A stretch of 64,000 nt of DNA from Felis catus (GCF_018350175.1 NC_058368.1:108192001-108256000); one strand, 5' to 3'. Positions 39,290-52,878 are shown, counted from the stretch's first letter. The notes: generated by a model not told the origin, from the letters alone. Program-made: numbers and translations.

Positions 39290-40660
39290 GTGTGAGTTTT
39301 TTATGTATTTGGATATTAGCCCCTTATCATATAAGTGATGTGCAAATAATTTGTCCTATTCTGTAGGTTGCCATTTTATCTTGTTCATATTGTCCTTTGT
39401 GGTGCCAGAGTTTTTCAGTTTCATGTAATCACACTTACTTTGGTTTCGTTGTTTTGCTTTTGGTGACAAATGCAAAAAATCCCTGCCAAGAGCTTATCCC
39501 CTGTGTTTTCCTCTAGGAGTTTTATGGTTTTAGGTTTTATGTTCATGTCTTCAGTTCATTTTGAGTTGAATTTTGGGTATAAAATAGCAGTCTTTTGCAT
39601 ATAGCTGTCCAGTTTTCTGTGTTCTATATTCTTGGCTCTTGTGCTGTAAGTGAATGGACCATATATGAGATTGGGATTATTTGGGGGCTCTCTGTTCCAT
39701 TGGTCTCTGTATCTGTTTTTATGCCAATTCCATGCTGATTTGATTACTGTAGTTGTGTGATAGAGTGCAAAATCAGGAAGTGTGATGCCTTCAACATTGT
39801 TCTTTTTTTATCATGATTGCTCTGGCTGCTCAGGTGTTTTTTGGGGGGGGGGTTCCACACAAACATTAAATGGTTTGTTCTATTTATGAGAAAAATGTTA
39901 TTGGAATTTTGATGTGGATTGCATTGAATCTGTAGATTGCTTTGGGTAATAGGGACTTGTGAACAATACTAATCCTTTTGATTCGTGAACATGCAGTGTC
40001 TTATGAGTTTGTTGATCGTCTCTTCCACTTGAGCTAGTTTTTTGTTAAAATGTTTAATTTTTTTTTCAGTTATTTTATTTTTTACTTTCATGATTTCTCA
40101 TTGGTACACTCTTTTATTTTCTCTTTGTGGAAATTGTTTCTCTTTTATATATTGTCCTCCTCACCTTAGTGAGCATCTTTATGACCATTATTTTGAGATC
40201 TTTAGTGGTTTCAGGGAAATCAACTCCATTTCATTAAGATGTGTTTCTGGAGTTTTATCATGTTCTTTAGTTTGGAAGATTTTCTTCTCTTTTCTCATAT
40301 TCCTTGACTTGGTGTTGGTTTCTTTCCATTATATCAAAGAACCACCTCTTCCAGTCATGATGGACTGGGCTTGTGTAGGAGTTGAAGTGTATCATTGCAG
40401 CCTGGTGGAAGTTTTTGGTTCTCTCTAAAACCTTGTGAGATTTTGTTAGTGGTTCCTAATCCTTGACCATATGCCATGACCTGTCAGTGTCCTAAAGGGG
40501 AGGATCACCTAGATATGGAGCCTTGTTAAAAATCAGATACTCAGACAGTAGCTCTTAAAGTATGCACATAGGCTGCTTCCAGGGAGAGACTGGGAGATGG
40601 GAGTTTGTATCTGCCTCCTCTTTGGTGGCCCCTAGGGTATAGCTGGTTAAGAAGTGTTTC
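39290..40660 (-). mobile_element. Old L1 fragments (ORF2 at 39290-40000, 5'/ORF1-like at 40000-40660)
   Basis: Antisense ORF2 motifs (ggattgcattgaatctgtagattgctttgggta, aatcaggaagtgtgatgcct). Confidence 0.75.
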
Positions 40661-40689
40661 ATTATTACTTCATTGATTAGGCTTTTCTT

Positions 40690-41330
40690 TTATTTACTTA
40701 TTGTTTTAGTAATCTCTAAACCTAAAGTAGATTTAGCCTCCTGACCTTGAGACTAAGAGTCGCATGCTCTATTGATTGAATCAGCCAGACACCCCTAGGG
40801 TCTTCTGATAAAAATTGATTTAAAAAACATTGTATGGGGATGCCTGGGGGGCTCAGTACTTTAAGCCTCCGACTGGATCTCAGCTCAGTTCTTGACCTCA
40901 GGGTTGTGAGTTCAAGCCTGCATTGGGCTCAGTGCTGGATGTGAAGTCTAACTAAAAAAATAAAAAAAAAAATAAAAACCACCACCATTGGTGGCTTGGT
41001 TGTTGTAGAGTTATTGTGAATGGAAAAAAAAAAAAAACAAACATTCAACCTAATGGCTTGCCAAGTAACTTAAAAACACAAAAATTGGGGGCACCTGAAT
41101 GGATCAGTCAGTTACTGGTCTGACTCTTAATTTCAGTTCAGGTCAAGATAACATGGTTTGTGAGTTTGAGCCCTTTGTCAGGCTCTGCACTGACAGCGTG
41201 GAGTCAGCTTTAATTCTCATTCTCTCTCCCTCCCTCCTTCCCTCCCTCCTCCTTTCCAACTTCCTTTCTTCCCTCCCTGTCTGCCACTCCTGTGCTTTCT
41301 GTCTCTCTCTAAATAAATAAAGGGGAAAAA
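40690..41330. mobile_element. Cluster of three Can-SINEs (40690-40795 minus; 40836-40978 plus; 41087-41330 plus)
   Basis: Each shows a tRNA-derived head (gggg..gcctg..ggctcag) and/or an A-rich tail. Confidence 0.8.
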
Positions 41331-41598
41331 GAAACCCACATAAAGTTTAAAATTTTATTCAGGGAGTGTAACAGGTGAACAAATGGGAGTATAATGCATG
41401 GACTTGAGGAAAGGTCAGGATACTAAGAGTTGCCAGAGGTGCTGAGATTTGAAGGCAATATTAAAGCATCACATATTCAAGGTATTAGCAATTGAGTGCC
41501 TGTGTTTAAAGTGCTTAGAAATGTGCCTGGCATGTAGTAAGACTCTTAAGTATTACCTATTATTTATTTTAAGCTATTCACCTGTAAGTTTTTAGAAC

Positions 41599-41772
41599 CA
41601 GTATTTCTAAACCATTGAGCCATCAGAGTACCTGGGGCCTGCAGCTAGACGTGCAGATTTTTGGTCCCTCCCCAAAACTGCTGTATCTGAAATCCTGCAG
41701 GTAGAGCTATGCAGCCTGTGTTTTAACAAACTCTCCAGGAATTCTGATGTACAGAGAAGTTTGAGAACCACC
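41599..41772. mobile_element. MER5A-like hAT MITE
   Basis: tgttttaacaaactctccaggaattctgatg...agtttgagaaccac signature. Confidence 0.75.
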
Positions 41773-42992
41773 ACTTTTGAGGTTCTACCCAGTATAAAAC
41801 CAAAATAGTGATGGCAGTTGAGGTCTTTAGGACACGGCATTACTGTGAAGCAGAGATAAAAAAAAAAAAAAAAAAAACTATCAGATAAGTGACTTGCGCA
41901 CAAATAGGAACACCAGAATTTGCGTTCCTTCCCTCATTTTAAAAACGTCTTTCACATAAAATAGTTCTTTGAGAAATAGTTGGTCATAATACTGAATAAG
42001 ACAGGTTTTAGAGAAATGAGCTGACACTATTTCAAAAGCCTTCTTCTCATTTAGCAGTCATTTCTTGTCTAGTTATTGTCAGGCACAGCTCTGGTCATAG
42101 GGTAACTCTTAGTATGTCAGGGAAATCAAACTCTGAGTATATCGATTATGATACGGTGTTTTAGGTGCTAGAATAGCCTTTTTCACTCCATGCTCAGATC
42201 AAGGAGCTCGCAAGGTTGAAATAGCCGTTTTCTCTCCATGCTCACAAGGTTGAGTTCCATCTGGGTCTTAAGGAATAATGGGCAGTTGCCAAGTGAGGAT
42301 AGGTTTGGGGTGAGGGTGTTCCATGTATTTGTTGATATTAGTGCTATAAAAGCTACTGTTTTCATTTTTTGCCTAAGTGAAGACACTTTTCTTTTGCTCC
42401 AAAAAAAAAAAAAAAATCTCAAATCCATCTTTATATTACAGCTTTTATTACTCTGTTTTTTCTGTTACATGGATTGGTTGGTTAATAGGCCTCTCAAAAG
42501 CAGCTCATGCCCCCAGGGAATCAGTATCATAGAAAAAAATTACTGTTTTAGAAATGCCTGTTGCCTAGTTATACTGTCAGTATTTCAAAACATAAACTTA
42601 TTTCAGAGGTTCCCAAAGTTTGTTTTTTGGTCCCCTTAATACTTTGAGTAACTTTTTTCATGGCACCTCTAAGCCAAGAGAAATTCTTTACAGATGTATT
42701 AACTGGTTTTGTGCAGACAACTTAGTAAACATGTATGTCCTAATAACATCTTGGTTGCTTTAAAAAAATAACAAATTGAAAGAAAAAATTTTTTTTTCCT
42801 TTGAATATAATCATGATTACTGACAGGATATCAATGCCTGTCCTTGTCAAGCAATGGAATCAGAATGAATGCCACCAACTCTCTTTTCTAGTTCCATATT
42901 GTGTCTCGTACAATGCTTGGGGTTTTTTCACAGCAACCACAGAAAGCACTGCTTTGCAGAGATGTGCCATTAGAAAGAGCATATGGCCTAAT

Positions 42993-43452
42993 TGTAGCCC
43001 GGAGTGGAGGGGGCTGCAAGAGCACCTGGTTCCAGGGGTCCCGAACAGACCAGGTTTGGCCACTTGCCACAAATCAAATCCAAAGGCAGGGAGAAACAAG
43101 ACAATTTATTTCAGTGAGTCTGACACTAGGGTGAGAGTAGACTGAAGTCTCAAAGCCTGTCCAGAGTGCCGAAAATACCAGGTTTATATAAGGATAATGT
43201 GGGATAAACATGGTTGAATGCAAACAGGCGGGCACTGAAGGTCAAGTTGATCATTGTCTTGGAGTCAGTCACATGGGGTCTTGTGGCTCAGGACAGTGCT
43301 CATTGCTTAAGGGAGTAGTTTCTGTTTCCTTCGGGGGATACTTTGCCCACAGGGTCTTTTGCCTGACTTAAGAGATAAGCTGGAAAGGAGAACTTAATCA
43401 GTTGGAAAGTACAGCCTAAAGTCAAAATGGAGGTAGTTGACATTCTCTTTCA
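42993..43452 (-). mobile_element. Solo LTR, ERV1/gammaretrovirus-like, 460 bp
   Basis: TG...CA termini, flanked by a 4-bp direct repeat TAAT (42989-42992 and 43453-43456). On the minus strand it begins TGAAAG, with TATATAAA (43190-43183) followed by AATAAA (43110-43105). Confidence 0.85.
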
Positions 43453-43739
43453 TAATGTTGCAATTTTGAATTACCTTTATTTACTAAGTTGAGTATCATT
43501 GGGTTTCCCTCAAATTGAAAATATTGTGTAGGGCCCCAGGATATTTCCTGGGAATCATAGGTTTATTTGATAAAATACACAGGTGGGGTTCACTTCTATT
43601 TTGTCTGGGTCACCAAGCTGTCAGTAGCATATCTTTCTTTTTCTGTTTTTCATTCACTTAGGCTGCACTGGTGTGAGTGATTGCTACCTAATAGCCTGAA
43701 GGCACCAGCTTTTTTCACTGCCTCAGGTGGCACTTTCAT

Positions 43740-43844
43740 TTTTTAAGTTCTATTTTTTTTGTGATCTCTACATTGAACATGGGGCTTGAACTCAGGACCC
43801 CGACATCAAGTCTCATGCTCTTCCGACAGCCAGTCAGGTGCCCC
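43740..43844 (-). mobile_element. Short Can-SINE
   Basis: TSD-like ggcactttcatttt / ggcaccttcatttt. Confidence 0.85.
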
Positions 43845-45356
43845 GGCACCTTCATTTTCTATTCACTGTGTGCCCATTTCTAGAAGTACCTACCTGTGCT
43901 CTTAGCTTATGCCTCCTGTTGCCCTGTGGGGCTTGGCCACGAATTGTTCCTCAATGGCATGTGTTTGCACACTAAACTGCCCAGATGGTAGTCCTGAAGG
44001 AAGTTCTATTTAAGTGATTAAGTAATCACTATTTCTCTAGAAGCTATACTTGGTTAATATTCAAGAAATATGAGAGTGCAATATTTATGGGGGGGAGTAT
44101 TTATATTGCCGTAGAAATGTGTTTAAAAAAGGTGTGTTGAAAACATAAATGTCATACTATTCATAAATTTATTCATAAAAAGTTTGTTGATAAATTGCTA
44201 TGTGTTATATATAGCCCTGGCCCTTGTGGATTCACATTTTATATGCCTGCCTATATAGGAGCACATCTCCTATCCAGGGGACAGTTTAAATTTGGTGCAA
44301 GATGTAAATTTTGCTTTAGTAGGTGAATACAAGGCAGTCAGGGAGTCCTGAGTGGGAGTAACCCCAGGGAGTAAAGGAGTCAGGCCTGAGTTAGTGAACT
44401 GAAGGAAAAGGAGGAAAGATTCTTCCATGCAGAGTTGTGGAAGAGCATAGTATACTTAGAGAACTTGAAATAGCAGATGAAAGCTTAGAATGCATGGAAG
44501 AATGTAGTTGAAGATGAGGATAGAGAGAGAAACAGGATTTCCATAGCCTGTGGAGTTTTTTATTTATCCTGAAAATTTGGGAAGCCTTTGAGGGATTTGA
44601 AATGAGTAACACGATCAGTTTTGTACTTTGGAAAGGTACACCTAGATTCAGGGTGAGGTGTATTGGAAGGGGAAAGAACACTGTAAAACTGGAACCAGGT
44701 AAGTGAGGGACTCCTGACTCCTGCATTGACGTAGGTGAGAGGCTCAAGGGCCCGAAATAAGGTCGTGGCAGTAATGTGGGGATGGAGGGAGGAAAGCGGC
44801 AGACTCCCCAGGATAGTTTGCTAATTGGATGTGATCATATGAGGGAGAAGGAATGGTGAGGGACAGCCCTCAAACCTGGCTGGAAATACTGGCAGAAATG
44901 TTGTTGACCAAACATGGACTGAAGAGGAGGAATGGGCTATGCAAAGAAAGTTGTGCGTTAAGTGCAGAAGCTTGAGTGTCCTCTGGCCTCATCAGTAAAC
45001 AGTTGAATGTATAGTCTCAAGCCCAGAAAGTAGAAAATAGACTCACTAGTTATCAGCATAGACTTGATAAGGTAAAGATGTGCGAGAGGGAAGAAAAGAC
45101 ACCAAGGGTGCCAGCTTACACAAGATCAAAAAAAACACAGAGATGTAAGGTAGTGGATGAGTGAGGAACCAGAGAAGAGGGATCCGTTGGAAGAAGAATC
45201 TCAGAGTAATCCTTTCTCTACTTTGTATGTTCTAGGTTTTTGAAATATCTGACTAGTAATTTCACTAACAGTTTCCTAACGGGATATTATCGTTACAACC
45301 ACAGCATCCATTCTCCCCCTTGTCTGTCGTATAGGAGCCATCGTTTGAGTGGCAGA

Positions 45357-45380
45357 CCCCCCCCCCCCCCCCCCCCCCCC
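45357..45380. repeat. C24 homopolymer
   Basis: Direct observation. Confidence 0.9.
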
Positions 45381-45978
45381 GGTGATTCCTGATTAGGTCT
45401 GTGCTGCTCATAGGGAACTGCTGTCCCTCTGCAGCGATTGGGTTTGAGTTTGGCTCAAGGAAGGCATTCTGTGGATGAGAGGGGTTGGTTCAGGACAGGG
45501 CAGAGAATTCAGATGCCAGAGGAAGTTTTGTGGAAACCTCAGGGGGGAATTTGTCTTGTTTTTAATAAAGCGCTATTCTTCTGTATGTCAGTAAACACGG
45601 ACAGAAGGCCTTATACTTGCTGCAGCTCTGTTGGCTACCAGCCTGACAATGAAGCTGACAGGAGGGCACAGCTGAGAAAAGTGTAGAGAAATTTTGTGGA
45701 AGCCCTGAGTACACTGAACACCTTGCCCCTGGGCCTTACTGTGTAAGCCATTTTTGGTTTTCAGCTATAATTTTATTTTCAGAGAAGGAACATGTGATGG
45801 GAGTGCATGAATGATGGATGCGAATAGCACACACATCCTAAGGTGACAATGTAGCCAGCTCCAATGTCACATGGGAGCCCTGCAGTGTAGTTTTCAAGGA
45901 CCTAAAATCTCTGCCGGTAGTTTTGGGGAGGAAGACAGGAAGTAGGTAGGGTATGATTTTAGAATTGTAAAGTATCAT

Positions 45979-46210
45979 GGGGCGCCTGGGTGGCTCAGTC
46001 CGTTGAGCGTCCAACCTCGGCTCAAGTCATGATCTCGCGGGTCATGGGTTCAAGTTCTGAGTCAGGTTCTGGGCTGACAGCTCCGAGCCTGGAGCCTGCT
46101 TCAGATTCTGTGTCTCCCTCTCTCTGCCCCTCCCCCACTCATGTGCGCGCGCGGGCACGTGCGCGCACTCTCTGTCTCTCTGTCAAAAATAATAAACTTT
46201 AAAAAAAAAA
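45979..46210 (+). mobile_element. Can-SINE
   Basis: TSD gtaaagtatca on both sides. Confidence 0.92.
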
Positions 46211-46567
46211 GTAAAGTATCAGAAAGGAGGAGGACAAAAGTTCTGGTGGAAATCAGAAAAGGAATTGTTTATTATTCATTCTCGTGTCACATAGTTTTTA
46301 CTAGTAAACAAGACTTAGGTTTTTGTGTTAAGTTGTAAAGGTAGGAGAAAATTCACTAAAATAACAAATCTTTAAAAACTTACTTTAAAAAAACTGATGA
46401 GGAAAATTACCACATGTACACAGAAACAGGGAAGAGAACCGCCTCACCCAGGTATGTAGCACCCAGCTTCACTAGCTGTGGATGGGGGCCCCATCCTGTG
46501 TCACCTGTGACCCTCTCGCCTCAGCTGGGAAACTTAAAGCAAGTTCATCCCACACTATTTCAGTATG

Positions 46568-46670
46568 TGGCACCTGGCTGTTTCTGTCAGTAGAGCACGT
46601 GACTCTTGATTCCCAGGTCATTGAGATCGAGCCCCACATTGGGTGTAGAGGTTAAAAATCTTCAAAAAAA
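46568..46670 (+). mobile_element. Short Can-SINE
   Basis: ggcacctggctg...gagatcgagccccac; TSD-like tttcagtatgtg / tttcaatatgtg. Confidence 0.8.
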
Positions 46671-47674
46671 ATTTCAATATGTGTGTCTAAACTGCTTTAA
46701 GGAGGCATCAGTAACATTCAGTAAATGTGAAGAGACATTTTTCCTTGTCTCCTTCCTTGACCTTATGCAGAATAACAGTATTTCAAGGATAGCAACAATT
46801 ATTCAAAAGGTTGACACTCTTAATAGAGTTCCCTATAAAGAATAGAGTACGTTTCCAGGAAAAACGATGACTCTGCTACTGACAGCAGTTAATACGTATC
46901 AGAGTGAGTGCACCATTTCCTGTTTTTCTTTGCAGAGGCCCAACTGTGGAGTTCCCCTTGTTTACCCATGAGTTAAATCTTGTCTCTGTCTTACCACAGA
47001 GGTGTCCTACTCCTTAAATGTCCACAGTGACTAAAAAGTAATACATTTTTGTATTTTGAAATAATAAATTATATTTGGAATCTAGGTTTTCGATTTATTG
47101 ATAATGTTAGAACACAGATCCAAAGACCATTGCAGTCTGTGTGTGCATCTATCCTTCCTTCCTTCTCTGGAACCTACCACCTTGATCATTATTTTTCTCT
47201 ACTTCAGTCTCTTTTACTGCATCTTATCAGAAATTAAGCATAAATCCAGTCTTTCTCATCTTAAATGGAAAAACGGCTTTTTTCCTTCGGCTGTAGCCTG
47301 CCCTCTTGTCCCTCTCCTAGGCTTGTTCAGTTGTTTGTGTCTGACCGCTCTGTTTCCTGACTCCTACACACTTTTCTGCCCCTTCAGTGGTCTTCCATTC
47401 TTAGCCCTTACGAAGGTGCTCACTGCATGTTGCTGAATCTGAATATGCAGACATATTCCAGCCTTGACCTGACCTCTCCCCAGCTTTCCACTGTTTGCCT
47501 CATCACTCCATAACACCTAGAAGAGGACGCACCTGATTTTCCTCCTCCTTTTCAGGAATTTTCTTTGTAGTGTCCTTTGAGGGATTTTTTTTCTCTGCCC
47601 AACTTTAGGATTCCTCTGTGCACTTGTCTTCCTCAGAAGTCCCCTTAACTTGTACACCTTTATTCTGCTGGTGA

Positions 47675-47870
47675 GGGGTGCCTTGGTGGCTCAGTCAGGT
47701 AAGCGTCCAACTTTGGCTCAGGTCATGATCTCATGGTTTGTGGGTTCGAGCCCCATGTCGGGCTCTGTGCTGACAGCTCAGAGCCTGGAGCCTCCTTCGG
47801 ATTCTGTGTCTCACTCTCTGTCTGCTCCTTCCCTGATGGCTCTCTGTCTCAAAAGTAAATTTTAAAAAAA
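47675..47870 (+). mobile_element. Can-SINE within L2-like sequence
   Basis: Complete body; TSD-like tttattctgctg / tttattgtgctg. Confidence 0.9.
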
Positions 47871-49917
47871 TTTATTGTGCTGAGTGGTGAGAATTTCCTA
47901 TCTCTAGTTTAGCCTCTTTCAGAATCCTATATCTGTGTATCCAACTTGCCCTCTTGGTAACTTCACTTGCATGTCTCACAGATAACTCAAATTCAGTGTG
48001 TGTTAAACTCTTTCATGTTCTTCCTAAAGTCTGGCCCTCTTCCAGTATTCTCTGACCCTGTGAATTGTGCACACTGTTCTCAGATATTCTTAACTTCTGG
48101 CTCTCCCTTCTCAAATCCAGTTAGCAACCAAATGCTGTTGATCTTGCCCCCTAAATACCTTTTAAATCCAGCCAATTCTTTCCCCTTCACCTGCTGTCAG
48201 CTAAATCCAAGTCCTCTCTTTCCACCAACATTACTGCAATAACTTCTCCTTTGGCACCTCCAGCCTCCCTGCCAGCTGCAGATATCACAGAGTGGCTTTT
48301 AAAACCAACTTGTCATGTCATCAGGGAAGGAAGGACTGAAAGCTTCAACGTCTGTCCCTTAAATCAGTATCGGATTACACGGCATGAAGAAACATTCCAG
48401 TATATAAGGGAAAGCCAGACTCTGAACTCAGTACTCACTGTTCTCAGATTTACAAATTAGTTATTTGTTCTTTGCTTTTCATTAAGAGAATAGTCTCTGT
48501 TGAACATCCTCCCTCAAAATTCAGAATGTTTTAGTCTTAGAATTTGATTCACAAGCTGATCCATTTGTTAATTCCTTTCAGGAGACCTTTCTGGAAAGGG
48601 TTGGGTGATGGCCTGAGTGCTGACTCTTCTCCCAACATCTTCCTGCAGTAATCCATTTGTTAGAATGAATCACTTCATGTGAAGCTATGGGCCAAGTGTA
48701 GCCTTGTGCTAAGACAAACATACCTTCCAGGGGGCAATGATGAAGATCGAGCTTGAGAAGTTGCTCCTGTGTGTTCACAGGGCAAGGGTGGTCAAGACTG
48801 CCAGTGGCCTGAAGTAGATCTTTCTTTCTGAAATATGCCTGTCACTTGTCTGCCTAAGAGGGCCCTCTGGCTGAGCTGAGTGGCACCCTCAGCTGTCATG
48901 AGCTGTTGCACCTGCAAGCTGGTTGCACAAGCCCTTAGGAGGAAAAGTCTGCAGGTCTGCAAATGCCATTATCCCATGGAACTTAACTGCTATCCTTTTT
49001 CTTCACCTGGAGCCATCCACCCTTTCCTGCTTTGTGGAGGGTGCCAGGAAGCTAGAAGTCTTTTCTATCAGTCAAGGGGTTTACTGGGGAAGAAGCCCCA
49101 ACAATTTGTCTTGCCTGGGTACTGAGAAAATTCTTGTCTTCTGCTGGCAAACATAAATTATTTGGTTGTGCCTGGACAAACAACTTTCTCACCCAAATTC
49201 ACTGGAATGTAACAGGGTAGCCAAGATGAAAAAAGCTGCAAGACTATCATTAGCTTCTTCTTTCCCTACATGAATCCTAGAAAAGAGAAGGTAGCATCAC
49301 TTCTAAGGCTCATTTATGCTATGTTATCCCAGATGAGAATAGTGTGAAGGGAAGTACGTTAAATGGGATGATAGAAATAGATAAACTAGGAGTCTGGGGA
49401 AAAGATGGAGAACAGAGTGGGAAGGATGGTGCATTGCTGATACGCGGCTTCCTGATGAAAAGATGCTGTGGGTGTCAAGTCTGATGCAGGGGTCGGCAGT
49501 CTGAGGCTCCTTTAGGACACCTGAAGTAGGAACATAGAATAAAAAGCAGGAAATCTCTGCCTTTGTGCTGACAGAAAATTGAAGAATGTGATACCTTCCC
49601 TTGGTTTTCTGATAACATGAAAATTTTCTGTAATCCTAGGAAGCAGGGCCCCAAAAGAATGATTGAATTCATCAACCCTTCAAAAAAGGACTTGAAGTAA
49701 CTAAATGGGGCTTTAAGTACACGAATGAGAATGTTTTGCTCCGAGTTTGACAGACTATAATCCATACAGTCAAGCATTTTGAGAGGGAAAAATAAAAACC
49801 TATAATACAAATTCTCAGATTAGAAAATATTGCAGTGGTGTCCTCTCATAACAAAGCTTCTGAAAAGATAACCATAAATGAGAAATAATACATATCTACT
49901 AAAAAAAACGGTCTAGA

Positions 49918-50120
49918 ACTGGGATCATCCAACTACTGCTTATGGTCCAAATTGGGCCTGGCACTTGTTTGTTTAAATAAATGCTCACTGGAACACAGCT
50001 GCACTTAATATGTTTATGCATTGTCTGTAGCTGCTTTTGTGCCAAAAGGACCAGAGTGGAATTGAAGCTATGACGGACTGAATGGCTTACTTACTGTCTT
50101 GGCCTACAGGAAAAAATTAG
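49918..50120. mobile_element. MER58-like hAT MITE, within decayed L1 ORF1-like sequence (~49750-50450)
   Basis: ccaaattgggcctg...ctggaacacagc...attgtctgtagctgctttt signature. Confidence 0.7.
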
Positions 50121-51523
50121 TGGATTCCCAAAGAGAATCGAGTAAAGTTACTTTCCAGTACAGTAAAACTATAAAGAGAAATAAAAATAATGGATGAAAA
50201 TATACACAATCCTCTGTGCACATAACAGGAACTACAGAAATTACAAAAAGGAACACAAGGTGCATTATTAAAAAACATAATAGAAGAAAACTTCCCCAAG
50301 AGACAGTAAAACTTATGTTCAGATAGACAAGGACCACCACCTGCCATATAGAACCCTGGATGGAAAAAACCAATGAACTTGGAGGTAGTCCAGTGTCACT
50401 GTTGAACTGTGAGGATGAACATAAGTATTTCCAGGGAAAAGCTCAAGCTGCTTTTGGGATTCTAAACAGTAGCAGTAAAAACTAGAGGACAGTAAAAACA
50501 GTCTTTGGTGGCTCCTAAAATTAATGCATGAACCCTCCATTTGTGTGGCTTTGTAGAAAATAAAATTTTAATCATGAGGGGCTGTTGCTTGAGTCTGTCT
50601 TGTTTTTAGGATTTATCAGGATTCTAGCAACCTTTCAGTAGATGTAGATACACTCCAATTTCTAGAATATATTAGATCCCAGTTATATAAGGGGTTCATG
50701 GAAAACTTGGGACTGATTTAAGATAACCTTGGTCTCTGGAACGATCTGATTCTCATGATCTCACGATCAGTAAAAGTTACCCTGGAAATACCTCTCAATG
50801 GATGAATGGGCATATTGGCGAGGGAAGGATTGTAGCTGGTAGCACAAGTTACTGGGAAATAGGATTCTGTACCCTGTCAGAGGTGGTTGTCAGAAATTAG
50901 GACTTATTAAGGCCCAGCCTAGTATAAGTTTGGATAGGCTTTCATTCCCAGTCAGTGCAGACCCGAAAAGAGTGAACAGGCTAGGACCAGATCTCCTCCA
51001 GACGGAGCAGCTGATTTATTTCAGTGTGGAAGAGTTTTTGGGTGTAATCTAAGTAATAATAACCATCAAAATAATGTCAGTTAACCATGAAAGCTAGAAA
51101 GTGATGTTAAAAATCAGAGTGTTGTACTCAGATCACACTGTATTCTTTGCTAACAATAGTGGCAACTGATGATAATTTTACATGTGTCTTATTTTTTTTA
51201 AACAATGAAACCTAAATGGTTATTATGCAAACAAGCCAGTGGCTAAAGCTATGCCAAAAAAATCTATTTTAAATTCTGAATAATAATATGTTGTTTTGCT
51301 TTACGGGTCGTGTGTGTGTGTGTGTGTGTGTGTGCACACGTGCGCATGTATCTCGGGATTTCATCATATGAGGTAATTGTGGTAGTCCAAGATTTCGGGA
51401 TCCTGGTGTCTTGGGAAAATTTTATTATGTTATTAAAATCATTCATCTGTAGTATATAAATCGATCAGAGTAAGTTTGTTGCTAATAAAATCATCTCTCA
51501 ATACATTATTCCCTGTATTGTAG

Positions 51524-51625
51524 AAAAGGCGCCGGCGGATTGACCGAAGTATGATTGGAGAGCCAACAAATTTTGTGCACACAGCTCATGTAGGATCAGG
51601 AGACCTGTTCAGTGGAATGAATTCC
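51524..51625 (+). CDS. CDC42SE2: CDC42SE2 second coding exon ([34 protein letters not shown], aa 19-52): polybasic stretch plus CRIB motif
   Basis: Acceptor tgtag| at 51523 and donor TCC|gtaagt at 51626; 102 nt, phase 0/0. Encodes the CRIB consensus I-G-x-P-x-x-F-x-H-x-x-H-V-G. Confidence 0.98.
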
Positions 51626-52714
51626 GTAAGTGTTTTGATGGAAGATACAGATGGGGTCTTGGGGCATAGACCTGTGTCATCTCTATGACAGGTACATACA
51701 TTCTTAATGGTGATACAATGCTCATTGAATGTGTAGGCACTGAATATAAATACATAACCTGAGTATATAGAGAAGAAAATAAGTAGTGAAAATTTAATCT
51801 CTTCCCTAACTTGCCAAACTGTGCATTTGTTTCTGCCTTTCTCCTGAAAAAAATACTTTAAAGGACTTGAACACCAGCCTTTTAGTAACATTAATCTTTC
51901 TGTTCTCTTAAATTTACTTAGTTGCCTTTTGCAGACCTGTTTATCACTTTTACCTTATAAAATATTAGCCTTTACTTGGTACTAGAATGTGATTTATTCA
52001 TCACTGAAATGTAAATAACTTGGATACTAAGCAGAGGATTAAAATTTGTGCATATTTGCTCTTACTTACAGAGATTTCAGTGTATTTCAGAATAGACTTT
52101 AGATTTATTCACTTGAACTTGTATATTCCTTCATTTTCATCCAAGAGGAAAACAGTGCACTAGAATAGAAGCAGCACCAAATGAGGGTTTGTCAGGGCTC
52201 TGGCTCATTATTGCCCTAAGTAATAAGCCACTAAGTATCAGGAGCCTCTTTGCCCAAAATCTGAAGTAAACTAATATACCTAAATGGTCTCTGAAGTGTT
52301 TAGAACCAGAAAATTAGTAAGACTTTTATAGATAGAGAATTGCCCGTTGTCTGCTTACTTGGCAGAATTAACAAAAGACTTTACAAGAGAGCAGAGACTT
52401 TTAAAATAGGTAGATGGTTATCCTGGATACAGCAAACAAGTTTGTCACATCAGTTACTAGGTAAGCAAAGGAATAACATTTGTAGCTTCCTGGAAAGGAA
52501 ACAGCTTGTTTGTTTTAAATCTGTAGGAAAAGTACTTTGTTTTGCTCAACTGCTTTTGTGGAGTTGTAAGAGGTGTCAGGTTGCTATCAAAATACAAATT
52601 CAGTAGCTTTGTTTCCTGGATCAGCATGAAATAACCAAATGGGAACCTAGGATTTTTCTTTAGAGGGTTATTTTAATACATATAAATAGATTGAATGGCT
52701 TCAAATTTTGATGA

Positions 52715-52878
52715 TTTTTTTTTTTTAATGTTTATTATTTTTTAGAGACACAGTGCAAGCAGGGGAGAGTCAGAGAGAGAGGGCAATGCAGGCTCCACAC
52801 GGTCAGCACAGAGCCTGATGGCCGGGCTCAGACTTGCTGAAGTCAGATGCTTAACTGACTGAGCCACCCAGGCGCCCC
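52715..52878 (-). mobile_element. Can-SINE
   Basis: TSD-like caaattttgat / caaattttaat. Confidence 0.88.
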
